DNA of 64,000 nt. Origin: Eledone cirrhosa. Its lineage: Eukaryota. This document shows positions 40,864 through 56,847 of the stretch, piece after piece. Where the stretch lies: the NCBI GenBank assembly GCA_964016885.1, contig OZ024761.1:27094001-27158000 (forward strand), written 5' to 3'. The position numbers and the translations under genes were made by a program. A model generated the notes under the pieces. That model did no database searches and was not told the origin of the DNA. It was given only the letters and a program-made list of their open reading frames with translations. The number at the start of each line of letters is the position of its first letter. Positions within the stretch are counted from its first letter, which is position 1.

Positions 40864-42662
40864 TTATTTGTATCTTTGTGTAACTAGAATTACAGGTGAT
40901 TCGCCCCACCTCCAAGTAATTGATACTGTGACAAGACGGTTTCAGTTGGGTTTTATTCCAGAGTTAAAGCAACTGTAAATTGTAAATAAAATTATGAACG
41001 AAAACGCTGTTGCAGCATACATATAAACTTTATTGGCATATTAGAATTGTTTCAATATCGATATCTTTGGGTAGAATCATATATAGAAACAGAGATAGAT
41101 TGATAGCGTGTGTGTTATTTTTCACCTGAAATCAATATGCAAGCTGGCCCTTGTGTCTTCATTTTAAAGCGACATATTTCTACCTCCCGGTGATTTGAAC
41201 TCAGTTTCAAGTTACTCGATGGTATAATGAAGCAGAGAGACTATAAAAACGCTACACCGGTGGCATATTTAGTTTTACACCGGTACGACGTGCATGAAAG
41301 AGGTAATGTTTTATTTGTCTTCTGTGTTACAGGATAACACTAGTTTAAATTTTTTTAATTTATCCTACATGTTTGTAATATATATTCTCAACATAGCTAT
41401 GATTTTATCTCAATTAGTAATTTCAACTCTTCGGAGGTTACTGCTCACATTTCATCTCTTCCACTAAGACACTCTCCACAGATTTTCCTCTCCTCGTATC
41501 ATCACCTAATGTTGTGTGAATCGCCACAAAGCCAAAGTTTCTCATTTCTAGCCCTTCTTGTCCAGAATGTCAGCTCCATGGAACTCCCTGTTTACTTCTT
41601 TCTGTAACAACAAGGTTTACAATACTTGAAGTACATTGAATTTGGTTTCGGTGTTTCTATAATAAAAACAAACCCACCCCAAGCGTGTGTGTATAATAAA
41701 CGCAAGGTTTGACCGAACAAGAATATAAAAATTATTCCTTCTGACATTTACATCTTTTACATGGTATTATATTTTCATCATTACAGTATCGATAAAATGA
41801 AGTATCAGTAAAGAACTGGGATTATTGCTCGTCTTATACTAAAAGTAAAAAGAATTATATTGAGGGGTTTATGTACATTAAACAATAAAATGACTACTAC
41901 ACTTAACGACACTTTGATATTAATAGACATATTAGTCTTCATAGTAACTTAAGAGTTTACTAGCTAGTTCATTTATGTGTGTTTGTCTTATCTGTAAAGA
42001 GAGTTTGAAATGGTATGAAAAGGTGTTGAATTGAAGCATGTTTATTTATATGCTGATAGTCATACCACGAGGGAGAGAAAAATAAAGCTTTAAATGGTAT
42101 GACTACGTGTTCAAATTAAGCAAGTTTCTCATAGTATGAGGATAAAAAAAAATTAACGTTATAATAAGTTGATTCGAAAGCCAACCACTGCATTCCCTAG
42201 TTCTATGTCTTACCACTAGACTATAAGGACCTAGACAATTTTTCTGTGAATCTATATCTATATAAACTTATTTTCAGTCTAACAATAAAATAGCTTTAAA
42301 TGTGTTAATTTTCACTACATATTTGTTGGTCTGTAGGTGGGCGTGTGGGTAGTAGTGGTTTATCTATGCATGCTTTATGTATGTATAGATTGGGGGTAGT
42401 GTTTCAATCTTCTTTATCTAAAATTAAAAGTATTTATATTTTTTTAAAATTAAAAGAACGCTCTCTATCTTCTGGGCTACCCGGGGCCACTATTATCTCG
42501 AAGCCACCTTTTTAGTTCCCCCTACGCTCGAACCTTCACTACCTAGCTACACAACCATTACCTACGATACAACATCACTTTACCACACGTCTACCAAGCT
42601 GCCGTAATTCTACTGTGCAAATTTGATATATTTAAATCTAATTTAGCATTTCTTCATTGAAG
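35551..42662. repeat. Array unit 6
   Basis: Colinear with unit 1. Confidence 0.95.
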
Positions 42663-45600
42663 AACCATTTAGGGTTTACGGCATAAGTGAAAAAAAAAAT
42701 ATTTACTATTTCATTAGCTCTGGCAGGTATCGAAAACCTCATATATAGATTCATTTTAATTTCACCTACGTCAGAATCACGCATACATATTATTAATTTA
42801 AAAAAAAAAAAAAAAATCATTTTCAGCGACAAAATACATACATCGATAGGGTTTCAAATCTGAGAAATACCTCCACTCGAGATATGTGTGTGTGTGTTTG
42901 TGTATATTTTTATTATTATTCTGAACTGTAGTTTTAATTAAAAAAATATATATTATACTATTTCCTGTGTCCTCGCAGATATTGCAACTCCATCTCTCTA
43001 GATTCATTTAAATACATTGCATTTGACTTACGTGAAATTAAGTATCATATAATTACTTTTTCAAATTTTGTTTTCAAGTATCAAAATAAAAATACATTAG
43101 TAAGGTTTTCCACCTCATAAATGTGTGGTGGTTATAGACACTTAACTATTGTTATAGGGCTGTCGTATTTACAACTATGTGGGCATGTAATCCTTCCATC
43201 CTGCTGGTCTAAAAACAGCCAATTTATTTTTCCAGAGAGATACATTTATTATGACTTTAAACGCTAATTTTGCACTTCACTTTTGATTCCTTTTTCTTCT
43301 CTTTAGATTGAATAAACAAAACCCTTTTCCGTCTACAATTATATTCAACGTAGCTCATAGTCTTCACAGTAAAGATTTTGCTACATCTCATTCAAGCTGG
43401 GATGATAGTAACCACAAAGTAAAGTGTTTAGCTCAACATTTATTCCGTAGTAAGTGTCATAAGAAAGGTTTGTATGTCTAAAAACCTAACAAGTAGATTT
43501 CAAATTTATTGCTAATTAAACAAAACTTTAAAATAATCCATACTAAAGCCACAACCATTTATTATCTACGTCTCACCCGAAGAAAAAAAAACGATCAAAT
43601 TATTACGAGGAGTGTAGACAGATGGATAAAGCTAATAAACAATTAATTTATACATATGCATGTACGTATTGTGTTTAAATATACTCCAACACAGACGGTG
43701 CCTACGAAAAACATAACATTACCGCCTATGAACAAATTTTGGCGTAATACTTACTAAATCTATTTTACCATTTGCTTAATGAACAAGCACATACATTGTT
43801 TGATATAATGAAAAAAAAATATATATATATACATATTACTATTTCATAAGCTCTGGCAGGTATCGAAAACCTCATATATAGATTTATTTTAATTTCACTT
43901 ACGTCGAAAACATATACATAATTATTTTTTTATAATTTATCGATTGGGTTTCCAATCTCAGAAATATCTCCACTAGAGATGTCTGTGTTTCTCTTTATTA
44001 TTCCTTTGAAATGATTTTTAGTCCTGGTAGATGTTGAAATCCCATCAATAGATTCATTTAAATATATTTTATTTGACTTACGTGAATTTAAAAAATGATA
44101 TAATTATCTTTAAAATTTTCCTTTCCAGTACAAAAATAAAAATACATTAGTATGTATTTCAGTCACACAAATGCGTTGGTTTCATAGACACTTAACTATT
44201 GTTGCAGGGATGCCGTAATTAGCGTCATGTGGGCATTTATACTACCCGGCTGAGACAATCCCAGCCTCCTAGTATACAAATAGCCGATTAATTTTGCGAG
44301 AGAGAAAGAGATACTTTTATTGTCTTTAAACGTTACTTTTGCGATTGAACTTTTCCTTTTTCCTCCCTTTAGACTGAATAAACCCAAACATTTTACGGCT
44401 ACAATTCTATTCAACATTACGATATCTGCTTCAATCTGTTATTGGTGTGGTGGAGGAGTAGAACAAAATAAAATGTCGAGTTAATTATTTACTCCGTAAA
44501 AAGTGTCAAACGGTGGCACACTGGTATAAGATTTGGTGGTATAAACAAACTAACAAATAGATTTCAAATTTATCGGCAGCTAAACAAAACTTTAAAATAA
44601 GCAATAATGAAGACAATTCAGACCAAATCTCACTTCCATATTAGCCTTTCAATTCAGTAGACCCTAATTACTTTATTAATAATCACAAAACAAGGCCACT
44701 TATTGACACGAGTCCAGACAAAATATTCATTTAACAAGAATTACTACAACGATAGTGCAAGAAAATCGTTGTTTCTAAATCAGAGAACGTTTCTATAACA
44801 AACACAAGCGTATTAAAAGTAACAGGAATATTCATATTGCATAGAACCAGGAAATAACTGCTATCAAATAGATGTTCTAGTGGCTAAGAACTTAATAGTT
44901 CCAGTTGTAATTGTGTTACACATATTCAGTAAGTATTTGCTAATTGAAATTATACTTTAAGGTATACTAAACTCAAACGTTTATATATATATATATATAT
45001 ATATATGCCTCAGCCAAATTAAAGAACGTAAACATTATTACAAGTAGTGTAAACATGAATTAAAGAACATAAATGTACCACCAAGAAGGCTGCCTCAAGA
45101 TATGCACTTCAAGAAGAAATACAACATATGCTTACGTCTACGACATAATAATGGAAAGGACATTCATTGAACATGAAGAATCTACTAGAGATAGAAGACA
45201 ACAGAAACGAATATTTGTTATGATATTAAATATATTTCTTATACTGTCATGGCTTTTCTTTAAAACGTTTGAATCTCAATAAGGTGGAACAGATATTAAA
45301 TACATTTGTTATATCATTATACTTTATCTTTACTTATTATTTCTAACTCTTATTAGAAAGAATACAAACTTAATAAAATCCTATATCTGTATAAATATGT
45401 GTGTTTGTATTAAAGTAAATAATAATATGCATGTTGACGAGTTGTAAAAACCAAGGAAGTCAATCTACAGTTCTACACTAACTCAGACGCCCCCCGCCCA
45501 CAAAAATAGACATGTTTCGTCTAATAAACGAATGTCAAATAATTGTTTCGGAAATACCGATGTAACACTAAATATATTACCGGTGCAACTATGTCAATTA

Positions 45601-46297
45601 AGCCTTTTATAAACTCACTCTAGTCATTTCAAATCGTGTTGAGAGTAACGGGAATAAGAAAAAATAAACCGTTTGCCGAAGTTTCTAAATTTGTTAAAAA
45701 TAATAGCGAAATCTGTGTCCAATGTATAATAAACCGGGACATTAACTGAACATGACAAATCTACTACAGATAGAAGACATCAGAAACGACCATCCTACCT
45801 GAAATATTATATGTTATTTTAAATATATTTCTTTTACTATTATGTTTTTTTTAAAAAAGATTGAGTCTGAATAAAGTGTAGAAAACTACAATTTAACTGT
45901 TGTTATATCATTATATTTTAGATTCAACTTAATAATAAAATCCCATATGTGTATAGATATAATGTGTGTGAAAATATAATAATAAACTAGTTATACACTA
46001 ACGCAGACGACATAAGAAATGTTACCTCTAACGACCGACTGCCAAACAGACTATGGCTCAGATATACCGGTGTAAAGCTAAAAATGTTAACGGTGGAACA
46101 ATTTCAGTTTACCCTTTTATAGACACACTCCAGTCATTTCAAATTGTGTTCAAAGTACCGGGAATAAAATATACAAAAAAACATTTCCCGAAGTTTCTAA
46201 ATCTGTTAAAGATAACAGCCAAATCTCTCACTCTGTCTCCGATGTGTAATAAACGGTGACACACATATATATATAGAAAGAGAGAAACAGATATGTT

Positions 46298-46346
<49 letters not shown>

Positions 46347-47938
46347 ATATTAGTGAATATAATAGTATGTATATAAATATGCGTGTAATTAAATGTATAT
46401 TATTCATATACAGGTATTCCGATGTATTTGCGTGTGTTATGGTCCTAGAGTACCCGAGTATATTGAAAAACCGCGAACATTGGAGGTGGTCCATAAAAGT
46501 GCCTATAAACCTCAAAATATAACGTAAACTATAATAAACAATAGAGGGATCGCCTTTTGCGAAGGGGCGTCCAATAGACCGGCAAATACGATATATTGTG
46601 ATTAGTAATTTAGCGTTAAAACAATATATATTGTCATGAAATATATAAATAGTTTTGACTGCTCTTTCTAGCATACTCTAGAAAAAACCGGAAGTGGAGA
46701 AAATTGAAAAACTTCTTCTTTTTCTTCCTCTAACTTTTCAAACAAAAGAAAATTTTATGTAAACAAAAACGAAATTTTTGCCACGAACGATAACTCGTCT
46801 CTGACTTAAATCCAAATTTTGGATAAAAAAAGCGTGTATGAAGTTTTCATATACACACTTGTTATTACTAGCTAGTCCTTATTTTATTTTGTTTTGGGGT
46901 CTTTGACTCCTATTTCTAGCATGACAGACCTTTTCCTGTTGTTCACTATGCATGTATGCATAAATACATGGATGTATGTACATATATATGTATATATGTA
47001 TAAACTTTAATATATTCTTACAATAAATATTTGCTCTAGGGTATTTTATATATATATATATATATTATATACATAAAATCTTTATCGAGCTGTCTTCGGA
47101 TTTTAGTTTTCACATTTATTATTACTATTTATATATATATAAATATATATATGTATGCGTTTATATATGTATATGATTATATATACATTTATATAGATTT
47201 AAATGTATGGAAAAGTATGGTTATATAGATACCTGTATATATATATATATTATAATATATATATATTTATATATATTTCTTTATATATATATGTGTGCAT
47301 ATATAAACACACACACACAAACACACACACATATATATATATATATTTCTTTATACACTAGCAATATATTGAGTACATTTTATTTACTGTGGTTCCCATG
47401 GACAGGGTGAGTCACAGCTAATTGCATCTACTACCCCGAGTAGAAGATTTAACTGCTGTGTCTAGCAGGTTTGGAATCTAATATTTTCCAAACAATTTTC
47501 CTTTACAACCTCCACTATGAACTTGATTTCAAATTACCGGGCAGTCGGTTGATAATGGTAAACTGAAATATCTACACCGGTAACTTAATTAGTGTTACAC
47601 CGCTATTGTTCAAACATAATCTATTTGGCATTCCTTAACGAAAGGTAGTTTGTTGTGTCGTCTTCAATAGAGTATGTATACATACACGTATTCCTAAACA
47701 GTTTGACATTTATTCATAAGAGGTAATGGTTTTATTTAGACCTCGTCTCTTTTAGAATATATATACTCACAACACATCCATAAATTAATGAATTTCTCTA
47801 TAATATGATATTAACGTTTTTATTTTTTACGAAAAAGCGTATTGTATATGTAGTTATACATGCATTAAATTTAATATAAACACTCCGTTTGGGGCACAAA
47901 TATTAATTATATTATTTTACATACACATCCATTATACA

Positions 47939-47975
<37 letters not shown>

Positions 47976-49759
47976 TTGTATCTTTGTGTAACTAGAATTA
48001 CAGGTGATTCGCCCCACCTCCAAGTAATTGATACTGTGACAAGACGGTTTCAGTTGGGTTTTATTCCAGAATTAAAGCAACTGTAAATTGTAAATAAAAT
48101 TATGAACGAAAACACTGTTGCAGCATACATATAAACTATATTGGCATATTAGAATTGTTTCAATATCGATATCTTTGGGTAGAATCATATATAGAAACAG
48201 AGATACATTGATAGTGTGTGTGTTATTTTTCACCTGAAATCAATATGCAAGCTGGCCCTTGTGTCTTCATTTTAAAGCGACATATTTCTACCTCCCGGTG
48301 ATTTGAACTCAGTTTCAAGTTAGTCGATGGTATAATGAAGCAGAGAGACTATAAAAACGCTACACCGGTCGCATATTTAGTTTTACACCGGTACGACGTG
48401 CATGAAAGAGGTAATGTTTTATTTGTCTTCTGTGTTACAGGATAACACTAGTTTAATTTTTTTAATTTATCCTACATGTTTGTAATATATATTCTCAACA
48501 TAGCTATGATTTTATCTCAATTAGTAATTTCAACTCTTCGGAGGTTACTGCTCACATTTCATCTCTTCCACTAAGACACTCTCCACAGATTTTCCTCTCC
48601 TCGTATCATCACCTAATGTTGTGTGAATCGCCACAAAGCCAAAGTTTCTCATTTCTAGCCCTTCTTGTCCAGAATGTCAGCTCCATGGAACTCCCTGTTT
48701 ACTTCTTTCTGTAACAACAAGGTTTACAATACTTGAAGTACATTGAATTTGGTTTCGGTGTTTCTATAATAAAAACAAACCCACCCCAAGCGTGTGTGTA
48801 TAATAAACGCAAGGTTTGACCGAACAAGAATATAAAAATTATTCCTTCTGACATTTACATCTTTTACATGGTATTATATTTTCATCATTACAGTGTCGAG
48901 AAAATGAAGTATCAGTAAAGAACTGGGATTATTGATGGAATTATACTAAAATTAGAAAGAATTATATTAAGGGGTTTATGTACATTAAACAATAAAATGA
49001 CTACTACACTTAACGACACTTTGATATTAATAGACATATTAGTCTTCATAGTAACTTAAGAGTTTACTAGCTAGTTCATTTATGTGTGTTTGTCTTATCT
49101 GTAAAGAGAGTTTGAAATGGTATGAAAAGGTGTTGAATTGAAGCATGTTTATTTATATGCTGATAGTCATACCACGAGGGAGAGAAAAATAAAGCTTTAA
49201 ATGGTATGACTACGTGTTCAAATTAAGCAAGTTTCTCATAGTATGAGGATAAAAAAAAATTAACGTTATAATAAGTTGATTCGAAAGCCAACCACTGCAT
49301 TCCCTAGTTCTATGTCTTACCACTAGACTATAAGGACCTAGACAATTCTTTTGTGAATCTATATCTATATAAACTTATTTTCAGTCTAACAATAAAATAG
49401 CTTTAAATGTGTTAATTTTCACTACATATTTGTTGGTCTGTAGGTGGGCGTGTGGGTAGTAGTGGTTTATCTATGCATGCTTTATGTATTTATAGATTGG
49501 GGGTAGTGTTTCAATCTTCTTTATCTAAAATTAAAAGTATTTATATTTTTTTTAAATTAAAAGAACGCTCTCTATCTTCTGGGCTACTATTATCTCGAAG
49601 CCACCTTTTTAGTTCCCCCTACGCTCGAACCTTCACTACCTAGCTACACAACCATTACCTACGATACAACATCACTTTACCACACGTCTACCAAGCTGCC
49701 GTAATTCTACTGTGCAAATTTGATATATTTAAATCTAATTTAGCATTTCTTCATTGAAG
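42663..49759. repeat. Array unit 7
   Basis: Colinear with unit 1. Confidence 0.95.
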
Positions 49760-52700
49760 AACCATTTAGGGTTTACGGCATAAGTGAAAAAAAAAATATT
49801 TACTATTTCATTAGCTCTGGCAGGTATCGAAAACCTCATATATAGATTCATTTTAATTTCACCTACGTCAGAATCACGCATACATATTATTAATTTAAAA
49901 AAAAAAAAAAAAAAAAAAATCATTTTCAGCGACAAAATACATACATCGATAGGGTTTCAAATCTGAGAAATACCTCCACTCGAGATATGTGTGTGTGTGT
50001 TTGTGTATATTTTTATTATTATTCTGAACTGTAGTTTTAATTAAAAAAATATATATTATACTATTTCCTGTGTCCTCGCAGATATTGCAACTACATCTCT
50101 CTAGATTCATTTAAATACATTGCATTTGACTTACGTGAAAATAAGTATCATATAATTACTTTTTCAAATTTTGTTTTCAAGTATCAAAATAAAAATACAT
50201 TAGTAAGGTTTTCCACCTCATAAATGTGTGGTGGTTATAGACACTTAACTATTGTTATAGGGCTGTCGTATTTACAACTATGTGGGCATGTAATCCTTCC
50301 ATCCTGCTGGTCTAAAAACAGCCAATTTATTTTTCCAGAGAGATACATTTATTATGACTTTAAACGCTAATTTTGCACTTCACTTTTGATTCCTTTTTCT
50401 TCTCTTTAGATTGAATAAACAAAACCCTTTTCCGTCTACAATTATATTCAACGTAGCTCATAGTCTTCACAGTAAAGATTTTGCTACATCTCATTCAAGC
50501 TGGGATGATAGTAACCACAAAGTAAAGTGTTTAGCTCAACATTTATTCCGTAGTAAGTGTCATAAGAAAGGTTTGTATGTCTAAAAACCTAACAAGTAGA
50601 TTTCAAATTTATTGCTAATTAAACAAAACTTTAAAATAATCCATACTAAAGCCACAACCATTTATTATCTACGTCTCACCCGAAGAAAAAAAACGATCAA
50701 ATTATTACGAGGAGTGTAGACAGATGGATGAAGCTAATAAACAATTAATTTATACATATGCATGTACGTATTGTGTTTAAATATACTCCAACACAGACGG
50801 TGCCTACGAAAAACATAACATTACCGCCTATGAACAAATTTTGGCGTAATACTTACTAAATCTATTTTACCATTTGCTTAATGAACAAGCACATACATTG
50901 TTTGATATAATGAAAAAAAAAAAATATATATATACATATTACTATTTCATAAGCTCTGGCAGGTATCGAAAACCTCATATATAGATTTATTTTAATTTCA
51001 CTTACGTCGAAAACATATACATAATTATTTTTTTATAATTTATCGATTGGGTTTCCAATCTCAGAAATATCTCCACTAGAGATGTCTGTGTTTCTCTTTA
51101 TTATTCCTTTGAAATGATTTTTAGTCCTGGTAGATGTTGAAATCCCATCAATAGATTCATTTAAATATATTTTATTTGACTTACGTGAATTTAAAAAATG
51201 ATATAATTATCTTTAAAATTTTCCTTTCCAGTACAAAAATAAAAATACATTAGTATGTATTTCAGTCACACAAATGCGTTGGTTTCATAGACACTTAACT
51301 ATTGTTGCAGGGATGCCGTAATTAGCGTCATGTGGGCATTTATACTACCCGGCTGAGACAATCCCAGCCTCCTAGTATACAAATAGCCGATTAATTTTGC
51401 GAGAGAGAAAGAGATACTTTTATTGTCTTTAAACGTTACTTTTGCAATTGAACTTTTCCTTTTTCCTCCCTTTAGACTGAATAAACCCAAACATTTTACG
51501 GCTACAATTCTATTCAACATTACGATATCTGCTTCAATCTGTTATTGGTGTGGTGGAGGAGTAGAACAAAATAAAATGTCGAGTTAATTATTTACTCCGT
51601 AAAAAGTGTCAAACGGTGGCACACTGGTATAAGATTTGGTGGTATAAACAAACTAACAAATAGATTTCAAATTTATCGGCAGCTAAACAAAACTTTAAAA
51701 TAAGCAATAATGAAGACAATTCAGACCAAATCTCACTTCCATATTAGCCTTTCAATTCAGTAGACCCTAATTACTTTATTAATAATCACAAAACAAGGCC
51801 ACTTATTGACACGAGTCCAGACAAAATATTCATTTAACAAGAATTACTACAACGATAGTGCAAGAAAATCGTTGTTTCTAAATCAGAGAACGTTTCTATA
51901 ACAAACACAAGCGTATTAAAAGTAACAGGAATATTCATATTGCATAGAACCAGGAAATAACTGCTATCAAATAGATGTTCTAGTGGCTAAGAACTTAATA
52001 GTTCCAGTTGTAATTGTGTTACACATATCCAGTAAGTATTTGCTAATTGAAATTATACTTTAAGGTATACTAAACTCAAACGTTTATATATATATATATA
52101 TATATATATATGCCTCAGCCAAATTAAAGAACGTAAACATTATTACAAGTAGTGTAAACATGAATTAAAGAACATAAATGTACCACCAAGAAGGCTGCCT
52201 CAAGATATGCACTTCAAGAAGAAATACAACATATGCTTACGTCTACGACATAATAATGGAAAGGACATTCATTGAACATGAAGAATCTACTAGAGATAGA
52301 AGACAACAGAAACGAATATTTGTTATGATATTAAATATATTTCTTATACTGTCATGGCTTTTCTTTAAAACGTTTGAATCTCAATAAGGTGGAACAGATA
52401 TTAAATACATTTGTTATATCATTATACTTTATCTTTAACTTTACTTATTATTTCTAACTCTTATTAGAAAGAATACAAACTTAATAAAATCCTATATCTG
52501 TATAAATATGTGTGTTTGTATTAAAGTAAATAATAATATGCATGTTGACGAGTTGTAAAAACCAAGGAAGTCAATCTACAGTTCTACACTAACTCAGACG
52601 CCCCCCGCCCACAAAAATAGACATGTTTCGTCTAATAAACGAATGTCAAATAATTGTTTCGGAAATACCGATGTAACACTAAATATATTACCGGTGCAAC

Positions 52701-53408
52701 TATGTCAATTAAGCCTTTTATAAACTCACTCTAGTCATTTCAAATCGTGTTGAGAGTAACGGGAATAAGAAAAAATAAACCGTTTGCCGAAGTTTCTAAA
52801 TTTGTTAAAAATAATAGCGAAATCTGTGTCCAATGTATAATAAACCGGGACATTCACTGAACATGACAAATCTACTACAGATAGAAGACATCAGAAACGA
52901 CCATCCTACCTGAAATATTATATGTTATTTTAAATATATTTCTTTTACTATTATGTTTTTTTTAAAAAAGATTGAGTCTGAATAAAGTGTAGAAAACTAC
53001 AATTTAACTGTTGTTATATCATTATATTTTAGATTCAACTTAATAATAAAATCCCATATGTGTATAGATATAATGTGTGTGAAAATATAATAATAAACTA
53101 GTTATACACTAACGCAGACGACATAAGAAATGTTACCTCTAACGACCGACTGCCAAACAGACTATGGCTCAGATATACCGGTGTAAAGCTAAAAATGTTA
53201 ACGGTGGAACAATTTCAGTTTACCCTTTTATAGACACACTCCAGTCATTTCAAATTGTGTTCAAAGTACCGGGAATAAAATATACAAAAAAACATTTCCC
53301 GAAGTTTCTAAATCTGTTAAAGATAACAGCCAAATCTCTCACTCTGTCTCCGATGTGTAATAAACGGTGACACACATATATATATAGAAAGAGAGAAACA
53401 GATATGTT

Positions 53409-53457
<49 letters not shown>

Positions 53458-56400
53458 ATATTAGTGAATATAATAGTATGTATATAAATATGCGTGTAAT
53501 TAAATGTATATTATTCATATACAGGTATTCCGATGTATTTGCGTGTGTTATGGTCCTAGAGTACCCGAGTATATTGAAAAACCGCGAACATTGGAGGTGG
53601 TCCATAAAAGTGCCTATAAACCTCAAAATATAACGTAAACTATAATAAACAATAGAGGGATCGCCTTTTGCGAAGGGGCGTCCAATAGACCGGCAAATAC
53701 GATATATTGTGATTAGTAATTTAGCGTTAAAACAATATATATTGTCATGAAATATATAAATAGTTTTGACTGCTCTTTCTAGCATACTCTAGAAAAAACC
53801 GGAAGTGGAGAAAATTGAAAAACTTCTTCTTTTTCTTCCTCTAACTTTTCAAACAAAAGAAAATTTTATGTAAACAAAAACGAAATTTTTGCCACGAACG
53901 ATAACTCGTCTCTGACTTAAATCCAAATTTTGGATAAAAAAAGCGTGTATGAAGTTTTCATATACACACTTGTTATTACTAGCTAGTCCTTATTTTATTT
54001 TGTTTTGGGGTCTTTGACTCCTATTTCTAGCATGACAGACCTTTTCCTGTTGTTCACTATGCATGTATGCATAAATACATGGATGTATGTACATATATAT
54101 GTATATATGTATAAACTTTAATATATTCTTACAATAAATATTTGCTCTAGGGTATTTTATATATATATATATATATTATATACATAAAATCTTTATCGAG
54201 CTGTCTTCGGATTTTAGTTTTCACATTTATTATTACTATTTATATATATATAAATATATATATGTATGCGTTTATATATGTATATGATTATATATACATT
54301 TATATAGATTTAAATGTATGGAAAAGTATGGTTATATAGATACCTGTATATATATATATATTATAATATATATATATTTATATATATTTCTTTATATATA
54401 TATGTGTGCATATATAAACACACACACACAAACACACACACATATATATATATATATTTCTTTATACACTAGCAATATATTGAGTACATTTTATTTACTG
54501 TGGTTCCCATGGACAGGGTGAGTCACAGCTAATTGCATCTACTACCCCGAGTAGAAGATTTAACTGCTGTGTCTAGCAGGTTTGGAATCTAATATTTTCC
54601 AAACAATTTTCCTTTACAACCTCCACTATGAACTTGATTTCAAATTACCGGGCAGTCGGTTGATAATGGTAAACTGAAATATCTACACCGGTAACTTAAT
54701 TAGTGTTACACCGCTATTGTTCAAACATAATCTATTTGGCATTCCTTAACGAAAGGTAGTTTGTTGTGTCGTCTTCAATAGAGTATGTATACATACACGT
54801 ATTCCTAAACAGTTTGACATTTATTCATAAGAGGTAATGGTTTTATTTAGACCTCGTCTCTTTTAGAATATATATACTCACAACACATCCATAAATTAAT
54901 GAATTTCTCTATAATATGATATTAACGTTTTTATTTTTTACGAAAAAGCGTATTGTATATGTAGTTATACATGCATTAAATTTAATATAAACACTCCGTT
55001 TGGGGCACAAATATTAATTATATTATTTTACGTACACATCCATTATACAAATATCTATTTATTTGTATCTTTGTGTAACTAGAATTACAGGTGATTCGCC
55101 CCACCTCCAAGTAATTGATACTGTGACAAGACGGTTTCATTTGGGTTTTATTCCAGAATTAAAGCAACTGTAAATTGTAAATAAAATTATGAACGAAAAC
55201 ACTGTTGCAGCATACATATAAACTTTATTGGCATATTAGAATTGTTTCAATATCGATATCTTTGGGTAGAATCATATATAGAAACAGAGATAGATTGATA
55301 GTGTGTGTGTTATTTTTCACCTGAAATCAATATGCAAGCTGGCCCTTGTGTCTTCATTTTAAAGCGACATATTTCTACCTCCCGGTGATTTGAACTCAGT
55401 TTCAAGTTACTCGATAGTATAATGAAGCAGAGAGACTATAAAAACGCTACACCGGTGGCATATTTAGTTTTACACCGGTACGACGTGCATGAAAGAGGTA
55501 ATGTTTTATTTGTCTTCTGTGTTACAGGATAACACTAGTTTAATTTTTTTAATTTATCCTACATGTTTGTAATATATATTCTCAACATAGCTATGATTTT
55601 ATCTCAATTAGTAATTTCAACTCTTCGGAGGTTACTGCTCACATTTAATCTCTTCCACTAAGACACTCTCCACAGACTTTCCTCTCCTCGTATCATCACC
55701 TAATGTTGTGTGAATCGCCACAAAGACAAAGTTTCTCATTTCTAGCCCTTCTTGTCCAGAATGTCAGCTCCATGGAACTCCCTGTTTACTTCTTTCTGTA
55801 ACAACAAGGTTTACAATACTTGAAGTACATTGAATTTGGTTTCGGTGTTTCTATAATAAAAACAAACCCACCCCAAGCGTGTGTGTATAATAAACGCAAG
55901 GTTTGACCGAACAAGAATATAAAAATTATTCCTTCTGACATTTACATCTTTTACATGGTATTATATTTTCATCATTACAGTATCGATAAAATGAAGTATC
56001 AGTAAAGAACTGGGATTATTGCTCGTCTTATACTAAAAGTAAAAAGAATTATATTAAGGGGTTTATGTACATTAAACAATAAAATGACTACTACACTTAA
56101 CGACACTTTGATATTAATAGACATATTAGTCTTCATAGTAACTTAAGAGTTTACTAGCTAGTTCATTTATGTGTGTTTGTCTTATCTGTAAAGAGAGTTT
56201 GAAATGGTATGAAAAGGTGTTGAATTGAAGCATGTTTATTTATATGCTGATAGTCATACCACGAGGGAGAGAAAAATAAAGCTTTAAATGGTATGACTAC
56301 GTGTTCAAATTAAGCAAGTTTCTCATAGTATGAGGATAAAAAAAATTAACGTTATAATAAGTTGATTCGAAAGCCAACTACTGCATTCCCTAGTACTATG

Positions 56401-56847
56401 TCTTACCACTAGACTATAAGGACCTAGACAATTTTTTTGTGAATCTATATCTATATAAACTTATTTTCAGTCTAACAATAAAATAGCTTTAAATGTGTTA
56501 ATTTTCACTACGTATTTGTTGGTCTGTAGGTGGGCGTGTGTGTAGTAGTGGTGTGTCTATGCATGCTTTATGTATGTATAGATTGGGGGTAGTGTTTCAA
56601 TCTTCTTTATCTAAAATTGAAAGTATTTATATTTTTTTTTTAAATTAAAAGAACGCTCTCTATCTTCTGGGCCACTATTATCTCGAAGCCACCTTTTTAG
56701 TTCCCCATACGCTCGAACCTTCACTACCTAACTACACAACCATTACCTACGATACAACACCACTTTACCACACGTCTACCAAGCTGCCGTAATTCTACTG
56801 TGCAAATTTGATATATTTAAATCTAATTTAGCATTTCTTCATTGAAG
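49760..56847. repeat. Array unit 8 (divergence rises toward its 3' end)
   Basis: Colinear with unit 1. The (TA)n tract is lost near 55050 and substitutions increase after ~55000. Confidence 0.95.

Larger units (their letters stand above)
1..56847. repeat. Tandem macrosatellite/segmental array, 8 near-identical ~7.1-kb units
   Basis: Anchor aaccatttagggtttacggcataag recurs at 1, 7129, 14230, 21333, 28442, 35551, 42663, 49760 and (one mismatch) 56848. The identical MAQIY ORF recurs at 3406, 10531, 17633, 24726, 31837, 38948, 46053, 53164 (period 7093-7125). Confidence 0.98.

Noticed and set aside
1-56847. rDNA, 5S, U1/U2/U6 snRNA or histone gene array as the explanation for the 7.1-kb period
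   Set aside because: I found none of the conserved signature sequences or histone ORFs on either strand.
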